Both the position numbers and the translations under genes were made by a program. A DNA stretch of 64,000 bases, from positions 160,001 to 224,000 of the forward strand of contig CAVZYA010000002.1 of NCBI GenBank assembly GCA_963779415.1. Reading direction: 5' to 3'. This document shows positions 39,362 through 49,800 of the stretch, piece by piece. The notes under the pieces were generated by a model, which saw only the letters and a list, made by a program, of their open reading frames with translations, had not been told where the DNA came from and ran no database searches. The stretch comes from an uncultured Acidobacteriota bacterium (lineage in GTDB: Bacteria; Acidobacteriota; Thermoanaerobaculia; UBA5066). Every line of letters starts with the position of its first letter. Within the stretch, counting starts at the first letter, position 1.

Positions 39362-41359
39362 ATGAGTCTCATGATGATTTCGAGCCCAGGGGCGCGGTCG
39401 TTCTTCCTGGCGGCGGCACTCCTCTCGATCGCGGGGACCGTGACGGCCGCTCCGACCGGGCCCGCAGGGCCGAAGCCGCCGGACGCAAACCCGGAAAAAT
39501 GGCCCCGGAAGATCCAGCTCGGGGAGATGAAGGTGCTCCTCGACGCCCCGGAGGCCGAGAGCCTCGAGGGGACGTCGCTGAAGGCGCGCGGCCCGCTCCG
39601 GGTGGAGGGCCCGGGAGAGACCGAGCCGTCTTTCGGGACGATCTGGTACGAGGCCGACGTCGAGATCAACCGGGCCCGGCGGATCGTCACCCTCGTCTCC
39701 GTCCGAGTCCCCCGAGTGCAACTGGAAGGCGCCCCTCCGGCCCGGCAGCAGAGGCTGGCCACCCGCCTCAGCCGGGCCGTGACCCGTCTCCGGCTGAAGC
39801 TGTCCCTTGACGACGTCCTCGCCTCGGCCCGGATGGCACCCCTCCGCGAGGGGGAGCCCGCGAAGCTCGGCACCTCGCCTCCGAAAATCCTCTTCGAGAC
39901 CGAGCCGGCCATCCTGGTCCTCTTCGACGGCGAGCCGCGCTTCCGCACCGTCGAGGGAACCGGGCTGGAACGGGCTCTCAACACCCCGTTCCTCGTCCTG
40001 CGCGAGCCCTCCGGGAGCGCCTTCTACCTCGACGGAGGCACCGTCTGGTTCCGGGCCCCCGAGGCCGCGGGACCCTGGTCGAAAGCCGACCACGTCCCGC
40101 AGGAGGCCACGGGAATCGCCCGGCAGGACCGGAACGAGGCCGGAATCCCCGAGAAGGACGTCGACGAGGCGAAGAAGACGGCAGGAAGCCGCCTCCCGAA
40201 GATCCTCGTGGCGACGGAGCCGACGGAGCTGATCGTTTCCGAGGGATCGCCGGAGTGGAAGGACGTGGTGACGGGCGAGCTCGCCGCGATGAGCAACACC
40301 GAAAGCGACGTCTTCCGGACACTCCCGGATCACCGGTTCTGGGTCGTCCTCTCCGGACGCTGGTACCGGAGCGATTCTCTCGGCGGGAATTGGACGTGGG
40401 TCGAGCCCGACCAGCTCCCCGAAAGCTTCCGCCGCATTCCTAAGGACTCCACCAAGGCCGCCGTCCTCGCCTTCGTTCCCGGCACCGCGACTGCCCGGGA
40501 AGCCCTCAAGGACGTGAGCACCCCCCGCACGGCGGCGATCCGCCGGAAGGACGCCCACGTGACCGTGACGTACGACGGCGATCCGAGGTTCGAAGCCGTT
40601 CCGGGAACGCATCTGGAGTACGCCCTGAACAGCCCGGAGCAGGTTCTCCGTATCCGCGGTCGCTACTACGTCTGTGACCAGGGCGTCTGGTTCACGTCCG
40701 GCACGCCGGAGGGTCCGTGGCATGTCGCGGATTCGATCCCCGAGGAGGAGATCCGGACCATTCCGCCCGAGAGCCCCGCCTACAACACCCGCTTCGTCAC
40801 CGTCTACGACTCGACTCCCGACACGGTTTACGTGGCGTACACGCCTGCCTATCTCGGCTCTTATCCCTGGTACGGCACGGTCGTCTTCGGGACGGGTTGG
40901 TACTACCGGCCCTGGTGGGGCGCGTTCTACTACCCCAGGCCCTGGACGTGGGGATTTCATCCCTGGTACAGGCCGTGGGGTGGCTGGGGGTTCGGTCTCG
41001 GCTGGGGGCCAGCGTGGGCCGGGTTCCGATTCGGCTTCGGGCTCGGCTGGGGGGCCCGGTGGTGCGGACCGGGCGCGTTCTACCGGGCCGGCCTCGTGGC
41101 GAACGTGAACCGGAACGTGACTGTCAACCGGAACGTCTACAACTCGGGGGCGAACCAGTCCCGCGCCATGACGACACAGACCGCCACGTCGAAGACCCCG
41201 ACTTCGAAGTCCGCGAGCGCAAGAAGCGCCGGCTCGAAGAGCGGCGCCAAGGGCAAGGGCGCGGGAGCGACACCGCACGGAAAGGGGGGCGCGAACTCGA
41301 AGGGGGCTGTGGCGCACGCCGCGAAGGGGGGACACGCCCATGGTGGCGGCAAGAAGTGA
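39362..41359 (+). CDS. Exported protein resembling the 'carbohydrate-binding family V/XII'-annotated hypothetical family, with Trp/Gly-rich region and basic tail
   Basis: Signal peptide; WPRKI, PAILVLFDGEP, NTPF, SGRWYRS, GVWF...GPW and YGTVVFGTGWYY...WGF motifs. Family recognised from memory; function unknown. Confidence 0.7.
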   Translation: MSLMMISSPGARSFFLAAALLSIAGTVTAAPTGPAGPKPPDANPEKWPRKIQLGEMKVLLDAPEAESLEGTSLKARGPLRVEGPGETEPSFGTIWYEADVEINRARRIVTLVSVRVPRVQLEGAPPARQQRLATRLSRAVTRLRLKLSLDDVLASARMAPLREGEPAKLGTSPPKILFETEPAILVLFDGEPRFRTVEGTGLERALNTPFLVLREPSGSAFYLDGGTVWFRAPEAAGPWSKADHVPQEATGIARQDRNEAGIPEKDVDEAKKTAGSRLPKILVATEPTELIVSEGSPEWKDVVTGELAAMSNTESDVFRTLPDHRFWVVLSGRWYRSDSLGGNWTWVEPDQLPESFRRIPKDSTKAAVLAFVPGTATAREALKDVSTPRTAAIRRKDAHVTVTYDGDPRFEAVPGTHLEYALNSPEQVLRIRGRYYVCDQGVWFTSGTPEGPWHVADSIPEEEIRTIPPESPAYNTRFVTVYDSTPDTVYVAYTPAYLGSYPWYGTVVFGTGWYYRPWWGAFYYPRPWTWGFHPWYRPWGGWGFGLGWGPAWAGFRFGFGLGWGARWCGPGAFYRAGLVANVNRNVTVNRNVYNSGANQSRAMTTQTATSKTPTSKSASARSAGSKSGAKGKGAGATPHGKGGANSKGAVAHAAKGGHAHGGGKK

Positions 41360-41366
41360 GGCCGAG

Positions 41367-44133
41367 GTGAGACACGCTCTCGCGTCGGCGACTCGGGCGA
41401 TTCCGGCTCTGATTCTCTCGATCGCCGCGTCGCAGCCGGGAGGTGCGCAGCCGGGCGCAGAGGTCCCGCAAGCAGCTCTGGCCGGAAGTGCCTCGAAGCT
41501 CGTCCCGATCGTCCTGGACCTTACGGCGCGGAGCGAGCACTTCACCACCGAGTTGACTCTGGCCAACCGGGGAACGACGGCCGCCGCCGTGCAGCTCACC
41601 TACACGCCCGCGACGTCTCTCGGTGCCTCCGGCGGCGGCACGGCCGGCCTCTCCCTCTCTCCCGGCCAGCAATTCGTCGTCTCCGACGCCCTCGCCTTCC
41701 TCCGCAGCCAGGGGCTGCCGATCCCCACCCCCTCCGCCAGCCAGGGCGGCACGCTCCTCGTCTCCTTCACCGGCCTCTCCTCCTCGATGCCGCCTTCGTC
41801 GGCGCCCGGACGACGACCCCCTCCGGAGCCGGAAGAGCCGGCCTCGCCTACCCGGGCATCGATCTCTCCGCGGCCCCCACGGGCCCCTCCTACCTCTACG
41901 GCCTTCGCAGCTCGCCTACGGATCGCTCGAACCTGGCGCTGGTGAACGCCGGAAGCTCGCCCGTCACCCTCCGCGTCACCCTCTTCTCCGGAACCGCCGG
42001 CGACAGCCGCTCTTACGTCCTCTCCCCCGACACGACCCTCGGCCCCTGGCAGTGGACCCAGATCGACCACGTCCTCGACCTTGCCGGCTACACCGACGGC
42101 TACGCGCGGTCGAGCTCGTCTCCGGGACCGGGCCCTACGTCGCCTACGCCGTCTTCAACGACGACACGACCAACGACGGCTCTTACGTCGCCGCGGAACC
42201 GGCCTCGATGCCTCCGGAGATGCGGCTCCTCCCGGTCCTTGTCGAGAGCGGCTCCTTCCAGAGCGAACTCGTCCTGACGAATCCGCTCTCCGTGCCGCAG
42301 ACGGCCTCGCTGACGTTCGTCGAGTCTTCCTCGCCGACGCTGGGGACGGGCGGCAGCCTCACGCTCAGCTTTCTGCCGGGCGAGCAGAAGATCATTCCCG
42401 GCGCTCTCGACTACCTTCGCCAACACGGGGTCTCGATCGGGCCCAAGGGATCGGCCACCTACGCCGGAACCCTTTCGGTCACGTTCCAGAGCGGGACGAG
42501 CGTCTCGACAGGGTTCGTCGGAGCGCGGACGGCGACTCCCGTCGGCGGAACGGGCCCAGGGGAGTATGGTCTCTTCTATCCGGGGACGGGCCCGAGCTTC
42601 GCCGCCCTGAATGAGGCCTGGGTCTACGGCCTCCAGCAGAACGCCGGGAACCGCTCGAACGTCGCCGTCGCGAATCTCGGGGATGCCGGAGATTCGATCA
42701 TCTACCGGATCGACGTCTACGACGGCGATACCGGACAGCTCGCCGGATCGATCTCCCCGCCGACGCTGGCCCCCGGCGGCTGGGCACAGGTCGGCGCGAT
42801 CCTCCGATCCTTCAACGTGTCGAACGGCTACGCGCACCTCGTCAAGCTCTCCGGCAACAGCCACTTCCTCGCCTACGGCGTCGTCAACGACGGCGGGGCC
42901 CCCGGCGAGGGGACCTCCGACGGAAGCTACGTCGCGGGACAGGTCGTTCCGGCTCCCGTCGCCCTCACCTGGATCCCCGGCTCCTCCGTCAAGGTGGAGC
43001 AGCTCCTCGGCGACTGCGACTGGCCCGACCTGGAGCAGCGAAGCGTCTGCACGCCGACGGCCAGCCAGACGATCACGAAGAACGATGTCGAGGGGACGGA
43101 CCTCGGCTACTCGTTCGAGACTCCGAACGGGCTCATGTTCCTCTTCGGCGACACGATCGGGACGAAAACGCTCTATCACGCGGGCGACACGACGGCCCTG
43201 AGCCAATCGACGGACCCCGCGGGAAAGGTCCTTCTCGATTTCCTGACGAACAGCGACGGGAGCACGTACCTGATCAAGCCCCCGGGAGTCGCGATGGGGG
43301 CGGACGACGTTCCGGACTCCGGAATTACCCTGAGCGGCCAGATCTACATCCTCTGCAGCACGGGCTCGGACACCAGCCTTCCGAACCCTCACGTCAACGA
43401 TCAGCTGATCCTGACGAAATTCGACCCTTCGACGAAGAACATCACGACAGGGCGGACGATCTCGACGATGCCGGAAGGGCACTTCGTCAACATCGCGCTC
43501 CACGCCTCGGGAACCGACGTCCTGATGTTCGGACTCGGGCTCTACCGGGCCACCGACCTCTACCTTGCGTCGGTTCCGGCGGCCTCCTTCGAGAGCGGAA
43601 TCGGGACGCGCTATTTCGCCGGCCTCATCGACGGCCAGCCGACCTGGACCGACCAGGAGTCGGGCGCGGTCCCGATCGTGGTCGACAACCCGCTCGGCCA
43701 CACGCCACCGGATCCCCCCACGATCGGAAACGTCTCCGTCGTCTACTCGCAGGACCTCGGCCTCTGGCTCATGACTTACGACGGAGGGCGCCAGACCGAG
43801 GCGACGAACGGCGTCTACTTCTCGTACGCGTCGAACCCGTGGGGGCCCTGGAGTCCGCCCCAGCTCATCTTCAATGCAAAACGAGACCACGCCCTCGGGG
43901 TCTTCATCCACGATCCGAGCCTCGTTCCGGACGACCTTCTGGACGGGCCCACCATCAACCCGACGAACAACCCCCCGGCGACCACCCGGGGAGGCGTCTA
44001 CGCGCCCTTTCAGATCGAGCGATTCACGACGGTCGTCGGCGACACGCTGACGATCACCTACACGATGTCGACCTGGAATCCCTACACCGTCGTCAGGATG
44101 CGGTCTGAATTCACGATCGCGCACGCGCCGTGA
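41367..44133 (+). CDS. Secreted protein: N-terminal (AB)2 repeat module + DUF4185 (GH183-like beta-propeller) domain; two 1-nt frameshifts (~41786, ~42109)
   Basis: Alignment to the intact paralog at 44130 shows two single-base deletions. The C-terminal domain has GTDLGYSF...FLFGDT and GVYAPF...MSTWNPYTV, typical of DUF4185. Confidence 0.75.
41535..42293 (+). repeat. Near-identical DNA repeat, copy 1 (copy 2 at 44307-45067)
   Basis: Long identical runs, e.g. ggcggcggcacggccggcctctccctctct... to ...gactacaccgacggctacgc-type segments. The offset rises from 2772 to 2774 across the two indels. High identity resumes at ~42530-42930 vs ~45300-45700. Confidence 0.9.
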
Positions 44134-46877
44134 AAGTCGCTTCGGAAAGGCTTGCCTTGAGACGTTGGGCCTTGTCGCTTGCGGGCAGCCTGGTTCTCGG
44201 CCAGGGGGCCTTTGGGTCATCGGACCTGTCTGCACCGGCCTCGGTCTCCTCGGGGGCCAGCGCGACGAAGCTGGTGCCGATCGTCCTGGACCTGACGGCG
44301 GGAAACGAGCACTTCACGACCGAGCTGACTCTGGCCAACCGGGGAACGACGGCCGCCACGGTGCAGCTCACCTACACGCCCGCGACGTTTCTCGGTGCCT
44401 CCGGCGGCGGCACGGCCGGCCTCTCCCTCTCTCCCGGCCAGCAATTCGTCGTCTCCGACGCCCTCGCCTTCCTCCGCAGCAAGGGGCTGCCGATCCCAAC
44501 CCCCTCCGCCAGCCAGGGCGGCACGCTCCTCGTCTCCTTCACCGGCCTCTCTTCCTCCAACGCCGCCTTCGTCGGCGCCCGCACGACAACCCCCTCGGCA
44601 GCCGGAAGAGCGGGCCTCGCCTACCCCGGAATCGATCTCTCCGCCGCTCCCACGGGCCCCTCCTACCTCTACGGCCTTCGCAGCTCGCCTACGGATCGCT
44701 CGAATCTGGCGCTGGTGAACGCCGGAAGCTCGCCCGTCACCCTCCGCGTCACCCTCTTCTCCGGAACCGCCGGCGACAGCCGCTCTTACGTCCTCTCCCC
44801 CGACACGACCCTCGGCCCCTGGCAGTGGACCCAGATCGACCACGTCCTCGACCTTGCCGGCTACACCGACGGCTACGCTCGGATCGATCTCGTCTCCGGG
44901 ACGGGGCCCTACGTCGCCTACGCGGTCTTCAACGACGACACGACCAACGACGGCTCCTACGTCGCCGCCGAATCGGCCTCGATGCCTCTGGAGATGCGGC
45001 TTCTCCCGGTCCTCGTCGAGAGCAGCTCGTTCCAAAGCGAGCTGGTCCTGACGAATCCGCTCTCCGTTCCCCAGACGGCCACCCTTTCATATGTCGAGTC
45101 GTACTCCCCGTCGGGCGGAGCAGGAGGAACGATCACCCTCGACTTCCAGCCGGGGGAGCAGAAGATCATCGAAAGCGCCATCGATTTTCTCCGCCAGAAC
45201 GGGGTCGCCGTCGGGCCCAAAGGCGCGGCGACGTACGCCGGAGCGCTCTCCGTCACATTCCTGAACGCGGGCGCCCGGTCGACCGGCTTCGCCGGGGCGC
45301 GGACGGCGGCTCCCGTTGGCGGAACGGGCCCCGGCGAGTACGGCCTCTTCTATCCGGGGACAGGCCCGAGCTTCGCCGCCCTGAACGAGGCCTGGGTCTA
45401 TGGCCTCGAGCAGAACGCCGGAAACCGCTCGAACCTCGCCGTGGCCAACCTCGGCGACGCGGGTGACTCCGTCACCTTCCGGATCGACGTCTACGATGGC
45501 AACACCGGACTGCTGGCCGGCTCCCTCACGCCCCCCGCTCTGCCCCCCGGCGGCTGGTACCAGATCAACTCCGTCCTTCAGAAATTCTCCGTCGCGAGCG
45601 GCTACGCCCACGCCGTCAAGCTCTCCGGCAACAGCCGCTTCCTCGCCTACGGCGTCGTGAACGACGGCGGCGCCCCCGGCCAGGGCACCTCCGACGGAAG
45701 CTTCGTCGCCGCTCAGGCGGTCGCCCCGATCACGTCGTTCTCGGTGGGGCCCGACATCACCCTGACCTACCCGAACCTTCCCGTCCTCTCCGACGAGCAC
45801 ACGACGGTCTTTCCGCCCGCGCAAGGCTCGGACAAGTACCTCATCTTCGCGGCCAACATGAAAAACGCGGGGAACCTCGCAGGTCCGGTCGTCCTCGAGA
45901 CGACGGACCTTCGGACCTTCACGTTCGCCTCCGGGTACACGTCGCCGGTGATGACGGCCGCCTGGCCGTTCACGACGTGCAAACCGATGTACGACCCGGA
46001 GTTCGACCTGAACTACGCGTCGCCGGGGTCCGTCGTGCAGGACCCGACGCGCCCCGCGGGGAACCTGATCATGATCTACGAGGCCGAAAACCATTGCCCC
46101 GGGGCCGTCTGGCAGCACGACTTCTATGCCACGGTCGGGTTCGCCCGGTCGTCGGACTACGGGAAGACGTGGCCGACTCCCGTGGATGCCGAGCTGGGCG
46201 GGACCGACCGCTATCCCGTCCTGAAGCACCCGACGCCCGAACCGGCCACGCCGGAGAGCCCGCAGGTCGCGCTCGGCAACGCGATCCCGAGCGCCTTCGT
46301 CGACGGGACGAACCTCTACGTCACGTACGCGGCGCCGGGACCGACCTCCGACGGCATGGTCCGGGTCGCGCGGGCGCCGCTCGGCGAAGGCGGCACCGTT
46401 GCCTTCTCGAAGTGGAAGGACGGCGCCTTCGGCCAGCCCGGGATCGGCGGCCTCGACAGCGGCGTCCTCCCCGCGAGGGGATGCGCGGGTCACCAGGGGA
46501 TGGGCCAGATCAGCCATAACGATGCGCTCGGCCTCTACCTCTTCACGTTCGTCTGTTCGGGGACGAGCGTGGGCGCCTGGTACTACTCGACGGCGACGAG
46601 TCTCGACCATCAGAACTGGACGGCGCCGCAGCTGATCGAAGGCTCCCAGTATCCGGTCGTTTCGGGCTGTGCGAGCGACGGGACCGGGACCTCGTTCGAC
46701 GGATGGTACCCGTCGTTCGTCTCACCGGGCGTTCCGGCGGGCCACACGTCGGCGTCGGGATCGGTCCTCTACATGTACGGCTGTGACCGGGGAAGCCGGA
46801 CCTTCCAGGCGAGGACCTTCACGATCGCGGCGCCTTCTCGGCCGTCGGCCACGGTTGGGAAGCCTCCGGCGCAGTAA
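44130..46877 (+). CDS. Secreted protein: N-terminal (AB)2 repeat module + putative beta-propeller glycosidase-like domain
   Basis: Signal-like N-terminus; module at 44256-45722; C-terminal domain with LSDEH, IMIYEAENH and Asp-box SSDYGKTW. GTGA overlap with the upstream gene. Confidence 0.8.
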   Translation: MKVASERLALRRWALSLAGSLVLGQGAFGSSDLSAPASVSSGASATKLVPIVLDLTAGNEHFTTELTLANRGTTAATVQLTYTPATFLGASGGGTAGLSLSPGQQFVVSDALAFLRSKGLPIPTPSASQGGTLLVSFTGLSSSNAAFVGARTTTPSAAGRAGLAYPGIDLSAAPTGPSYLYGLRSSPTDRSNLALVNAGSSPVTLRVTLFSGTAGDSRSYVLSPDTTLGPWQWTQIDHVLDLAGYTDGYARIDLVSGTGPYVAYAVFNDDTTNDGSYVAAESASMPLEMRLLPVLVESSSFQSELVLTNPLSVPQTATLSYVESYSPSGGAGGTITLDFQPGEQKIIESAIDFLRQNGVAVGPKGAATYAGALSVTFLNAGARSTGFAGARTAAPVGGTGPGEYGLFYPGTGPSFAALNEAWVYGLEQNAGNRSNLAVANLGDAGDSVTFRIDVYDGNTGLLAGSLTPPALPPGGWYQINSVLQKFSVASGYAHAVKLSGNSRFLAYGVVNDGGAPGQGTSDGSFVAAQAVAPITSFSVGPDITLTYPNLPVLSDEHTTVFPPAQGSDKYLIFAANMKNAGNLAGPVVLETTDLRTFTFASGYTSPVMTAAWPFTTCKPMYDPEFDLNYASPGSVVQDPTRPAGNLIMIYEAENHCPGAVWQHDFYATVGFARSSDYGKTWPTPVDAELGGTDRYPVLKHPTPEPATPESPQVALGNAIPSAFVDGTNLYVTYAAPGPTSDGMVRVARAPLGEGGTVAFSKWKDGAFGQPGIGGLDSGVLPARGCAGHQGMGQISHNDALGLYLFTFVCSGTSVGAWYYSTATSLDHQNWTAPQLIEGSQYPVVSGCASDGTGTSFDGWYPSFVSPGVPAGHTSASGSVLYMYGCDRGSRTFQARTFTIAAPSRPSATVGKPPAQ
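44307..45067 (+). repeat. Near-identical DNA repeat, copy 2 (copy 1 at 41535-42293)
   Basis: See copy 1. Confidence 0.9.
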
Positions 46878-46895
46878 GGGATAAGGAGCCGTGCG

Positions 46896-49800
46896 ATGGA
46901 ACCGAGCGTGACGAAATCAGGCTTGACCTGGTTGCTCCTCGCGATCGTGACGGCGGCAGCTCCCGGACTCGCCCAGTCGACGACGCCGATCCCGCCGGAG
47001 TTCTTCGGCGTGGCCATGGTCAACGCGAAGGACCCTCCCGCGGTGCCGATGGGGACGATTGCCCACGGGGACTTCGCCTGGCAGCGGGTCGAGCAGCAGA
47101 AAGGGGTCTTCGACTTCTCGATCCTCGACGCGTACGTCGCGGCGGCGCAGGCGGACGGACTCGTGGACGCGGTAACGAACACGGCGAGCGTGGCGATCAC
47201 GCTCGCCGCCGGGACGCCGGGGTGGGCGGTCGCGGACAAGAGCACGTGCGGGACGACCGGCGGCGTCGTCGTCTGCACGGCTCCGCCCGACGACATCCAG
47301 GACTGGAAGGATTTCGTCACGGCTCTTCTCGCCCACTACGACGGCACGGCGCAGCCGCACATCCGGATCTACGAGCTTTGGAACGAGTTCAACGTGTCGC
47401 TTTGGTGGACCGGCACGAACGCCCAGATGGTCGCGCTCGCACAGGCCGCGTACCCGATCGTTCACGCGGACCCGAACTCGATCCTTCTTACTCCGTCCGT
47501 CGCCGGCCCGGTCGGGACGGCGTCGCTGCACAGCGGCGTCACGCACATGACGTCCTACCTGCAGGCGGGCGGCGCCGCATACGCGGACGGAGGCGCCTTT
47601 CACGGGTACGTCGGGGCGCAGGGCGGCGTGAGCCCCTTCCCGATGCCCGAGGACGACGGGACTCCGGGGTGCACCCCGTTCGTGACCTGCTACGGTTCCA
47701 TCGTCACCAAGGCGACGCAGATGCGTACCGTCTTCGATGACTACGGTCTCCTCGGCAAGCCGATCTACCAGACCGAAGGGAGCTGGGGGAACAACACGGT
47801 CACCGACCCGGACACGCAGACGGCCTGGATCACGCGGTACACGCTTCTTCAGGCGGGGCTGCGTTCGTCGGTGAACCTCCAGCTGGCGGCGTGGTTCACC
47901 TGGGCGCCACCCGCCTTTGGCTGGGGGACCATCGAAGACTCGTCGGGCAACCCCACGCCCGCAGGCGCCGCGTACCGCGAGGTCTACCACTGGCTCGTCG
48001 GGGCGACGCTCGCCCAGCCCTGCTCGAGCGGCGTGGACGGCACGTGGACCTGCTCGCTTACGCGTCCGGGAGGTTACGTCGCGAAGGCCGTCTGGAACAC
48101 GAAAGGACCGGCGACGTATTCGCCGGGGACCGGCTATACGCAGCTGCGCGACGTCACGGGCGCCACGACGCCGATCCCGCCGGGGGGCTCGGTCGCGATC
48201 GGCGCCAAACCCGTCCTCGTCGAGGGGAGCACGCTCGCGCCCCCCGGCGCCCCGAACATCGTCCTGATCCTGACGGACGACCAGGACGTTCAGAGCGGGA
48301 TGCTCGCGTACATGCCCCACCTGCAGGAGCTGCTCGTGGCCCGGGGGACGTCGTTCCCGAACAACATGGTCCCGCTCTCGCTCTGCTGCCCCTCGCGCAC
48401 GACGATCCTGCGGGGCCAGTACCCGCACAACACGGGGGTCCTCGGAAACTCGCTGCCGAACGGCGGCTTCGAGAAGGCGTACAACGAAAATGTCGAGGCG
48501 TCCACGGTCGCGACGCTCCTCCACGGGGCCGGTTACCGGACCGCGCTCTTCGGCAAGTACCTGAACGGCTATCCGGACACGGCCGACGGGTTCTACATTC
48601 CACCGGGCTGGGACGAGTGGTACAGCCCGATCTCCGGCGACCCGTACAGCGAGTTCAACTACGGCCTCAACGAGAACGGCAAGAAGTTCTCGTACGGCAG
48701 CACCGCCGCGGACTATGGGACGGATGTCTACCTCGGCAAGGCCGTCGACTTCATCCAGCGCGCCGCGTCGACGCCGAGCCAGCCGATCTTCGTCTACTTC
48801 GCGACGTACGCGCCTCACTCGCCCTATACGCCGGCGCCCCGCCACGCCGGCCTCTTCCCCGGCGTCACGGCCCCGCATTTCCCGTCGTTCAACGAGGCGG
48901 ACGTGAGCGAGAAGCCGGCGTACATCAATACGAAACCGCTCCTGACGCCGGCGGACATCGCGGGCATCGACTCCGACTTTCAGGGACGCTTGCAGGCGCT
49001 CCAGGCCGTCGACGAGGCCATCGCGACGCTCGTCTCGACGCTCTCGGCCACCGGCCGCCTCGCGAACACGTTCCTCGTCTTCGCCTCGGACAACGGTTAC
49101 CACATGGGCGAGCACCGTCTCCTACCCGGGAAGTACACGCCGTACGAGACCGACATTCACGTCCCGCTCGTCATCCGAGGCCCCGGCGTCCCGGCGGGCG
49201 TGGCACGCAGCGAGTACACGGCGGACCTGGATCTCGCGGAGACGTTCGCCGATCTGGCCGGCGTCCCCCCGCTCTCCTTCTCGGACGGGCGCTCGCTCAA
49301 GCCGCTCCTGACGGGGCCGCCCCCGTCCGCATGGCGGCAGGCGTTCTTTCTCGAGGAGTTCGGGACCGGCGAGTTCGATCCCCCGGACGTCCTCGCCGGC
49401 ACACCCCGCGAACCGCTCGACAAGCAGGATCTCGCGACGACGGTCCCGATTCCGAGCTATTACGGGTTCCAGGCGACCGGCTACAAGTTCGTCGCTTACA
49501 AGTCAGGAGAAAAAGAGCTCTACGTCGCCTCGGACCCGTACGAGCTGGCGAACGTCGCGTCGAAGGTCAGCCCGGCGATCGAAACTGCCCTCGCGTCCTA
49601 CCTGAACTCGTTCGATGGCTGCGTGGGGGACGCCTGCCGAGCCGCCGAGGCCGTCGCCCCGCCCGCGCTCCTGACGGCGTCTTTCACCGTCACCCCTCCG
49701 GCGCCCCCGAGTGGGGCCGCCGTGACGCTCACGGCGACGGCGAGCGGCACCGCGCCCTACACATACGCATGGACGGTCGACGGCACGCCCCAGAGCGGCG

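Noticed and set aside
41535-45067. Near-identical repeat pair as a diversity-generating retroelement TR/VR
   Set aside because: No reverse transcriptase in the window. The repeat is ~760 bp and coding in both copies, and the differences are not confined to adenines.
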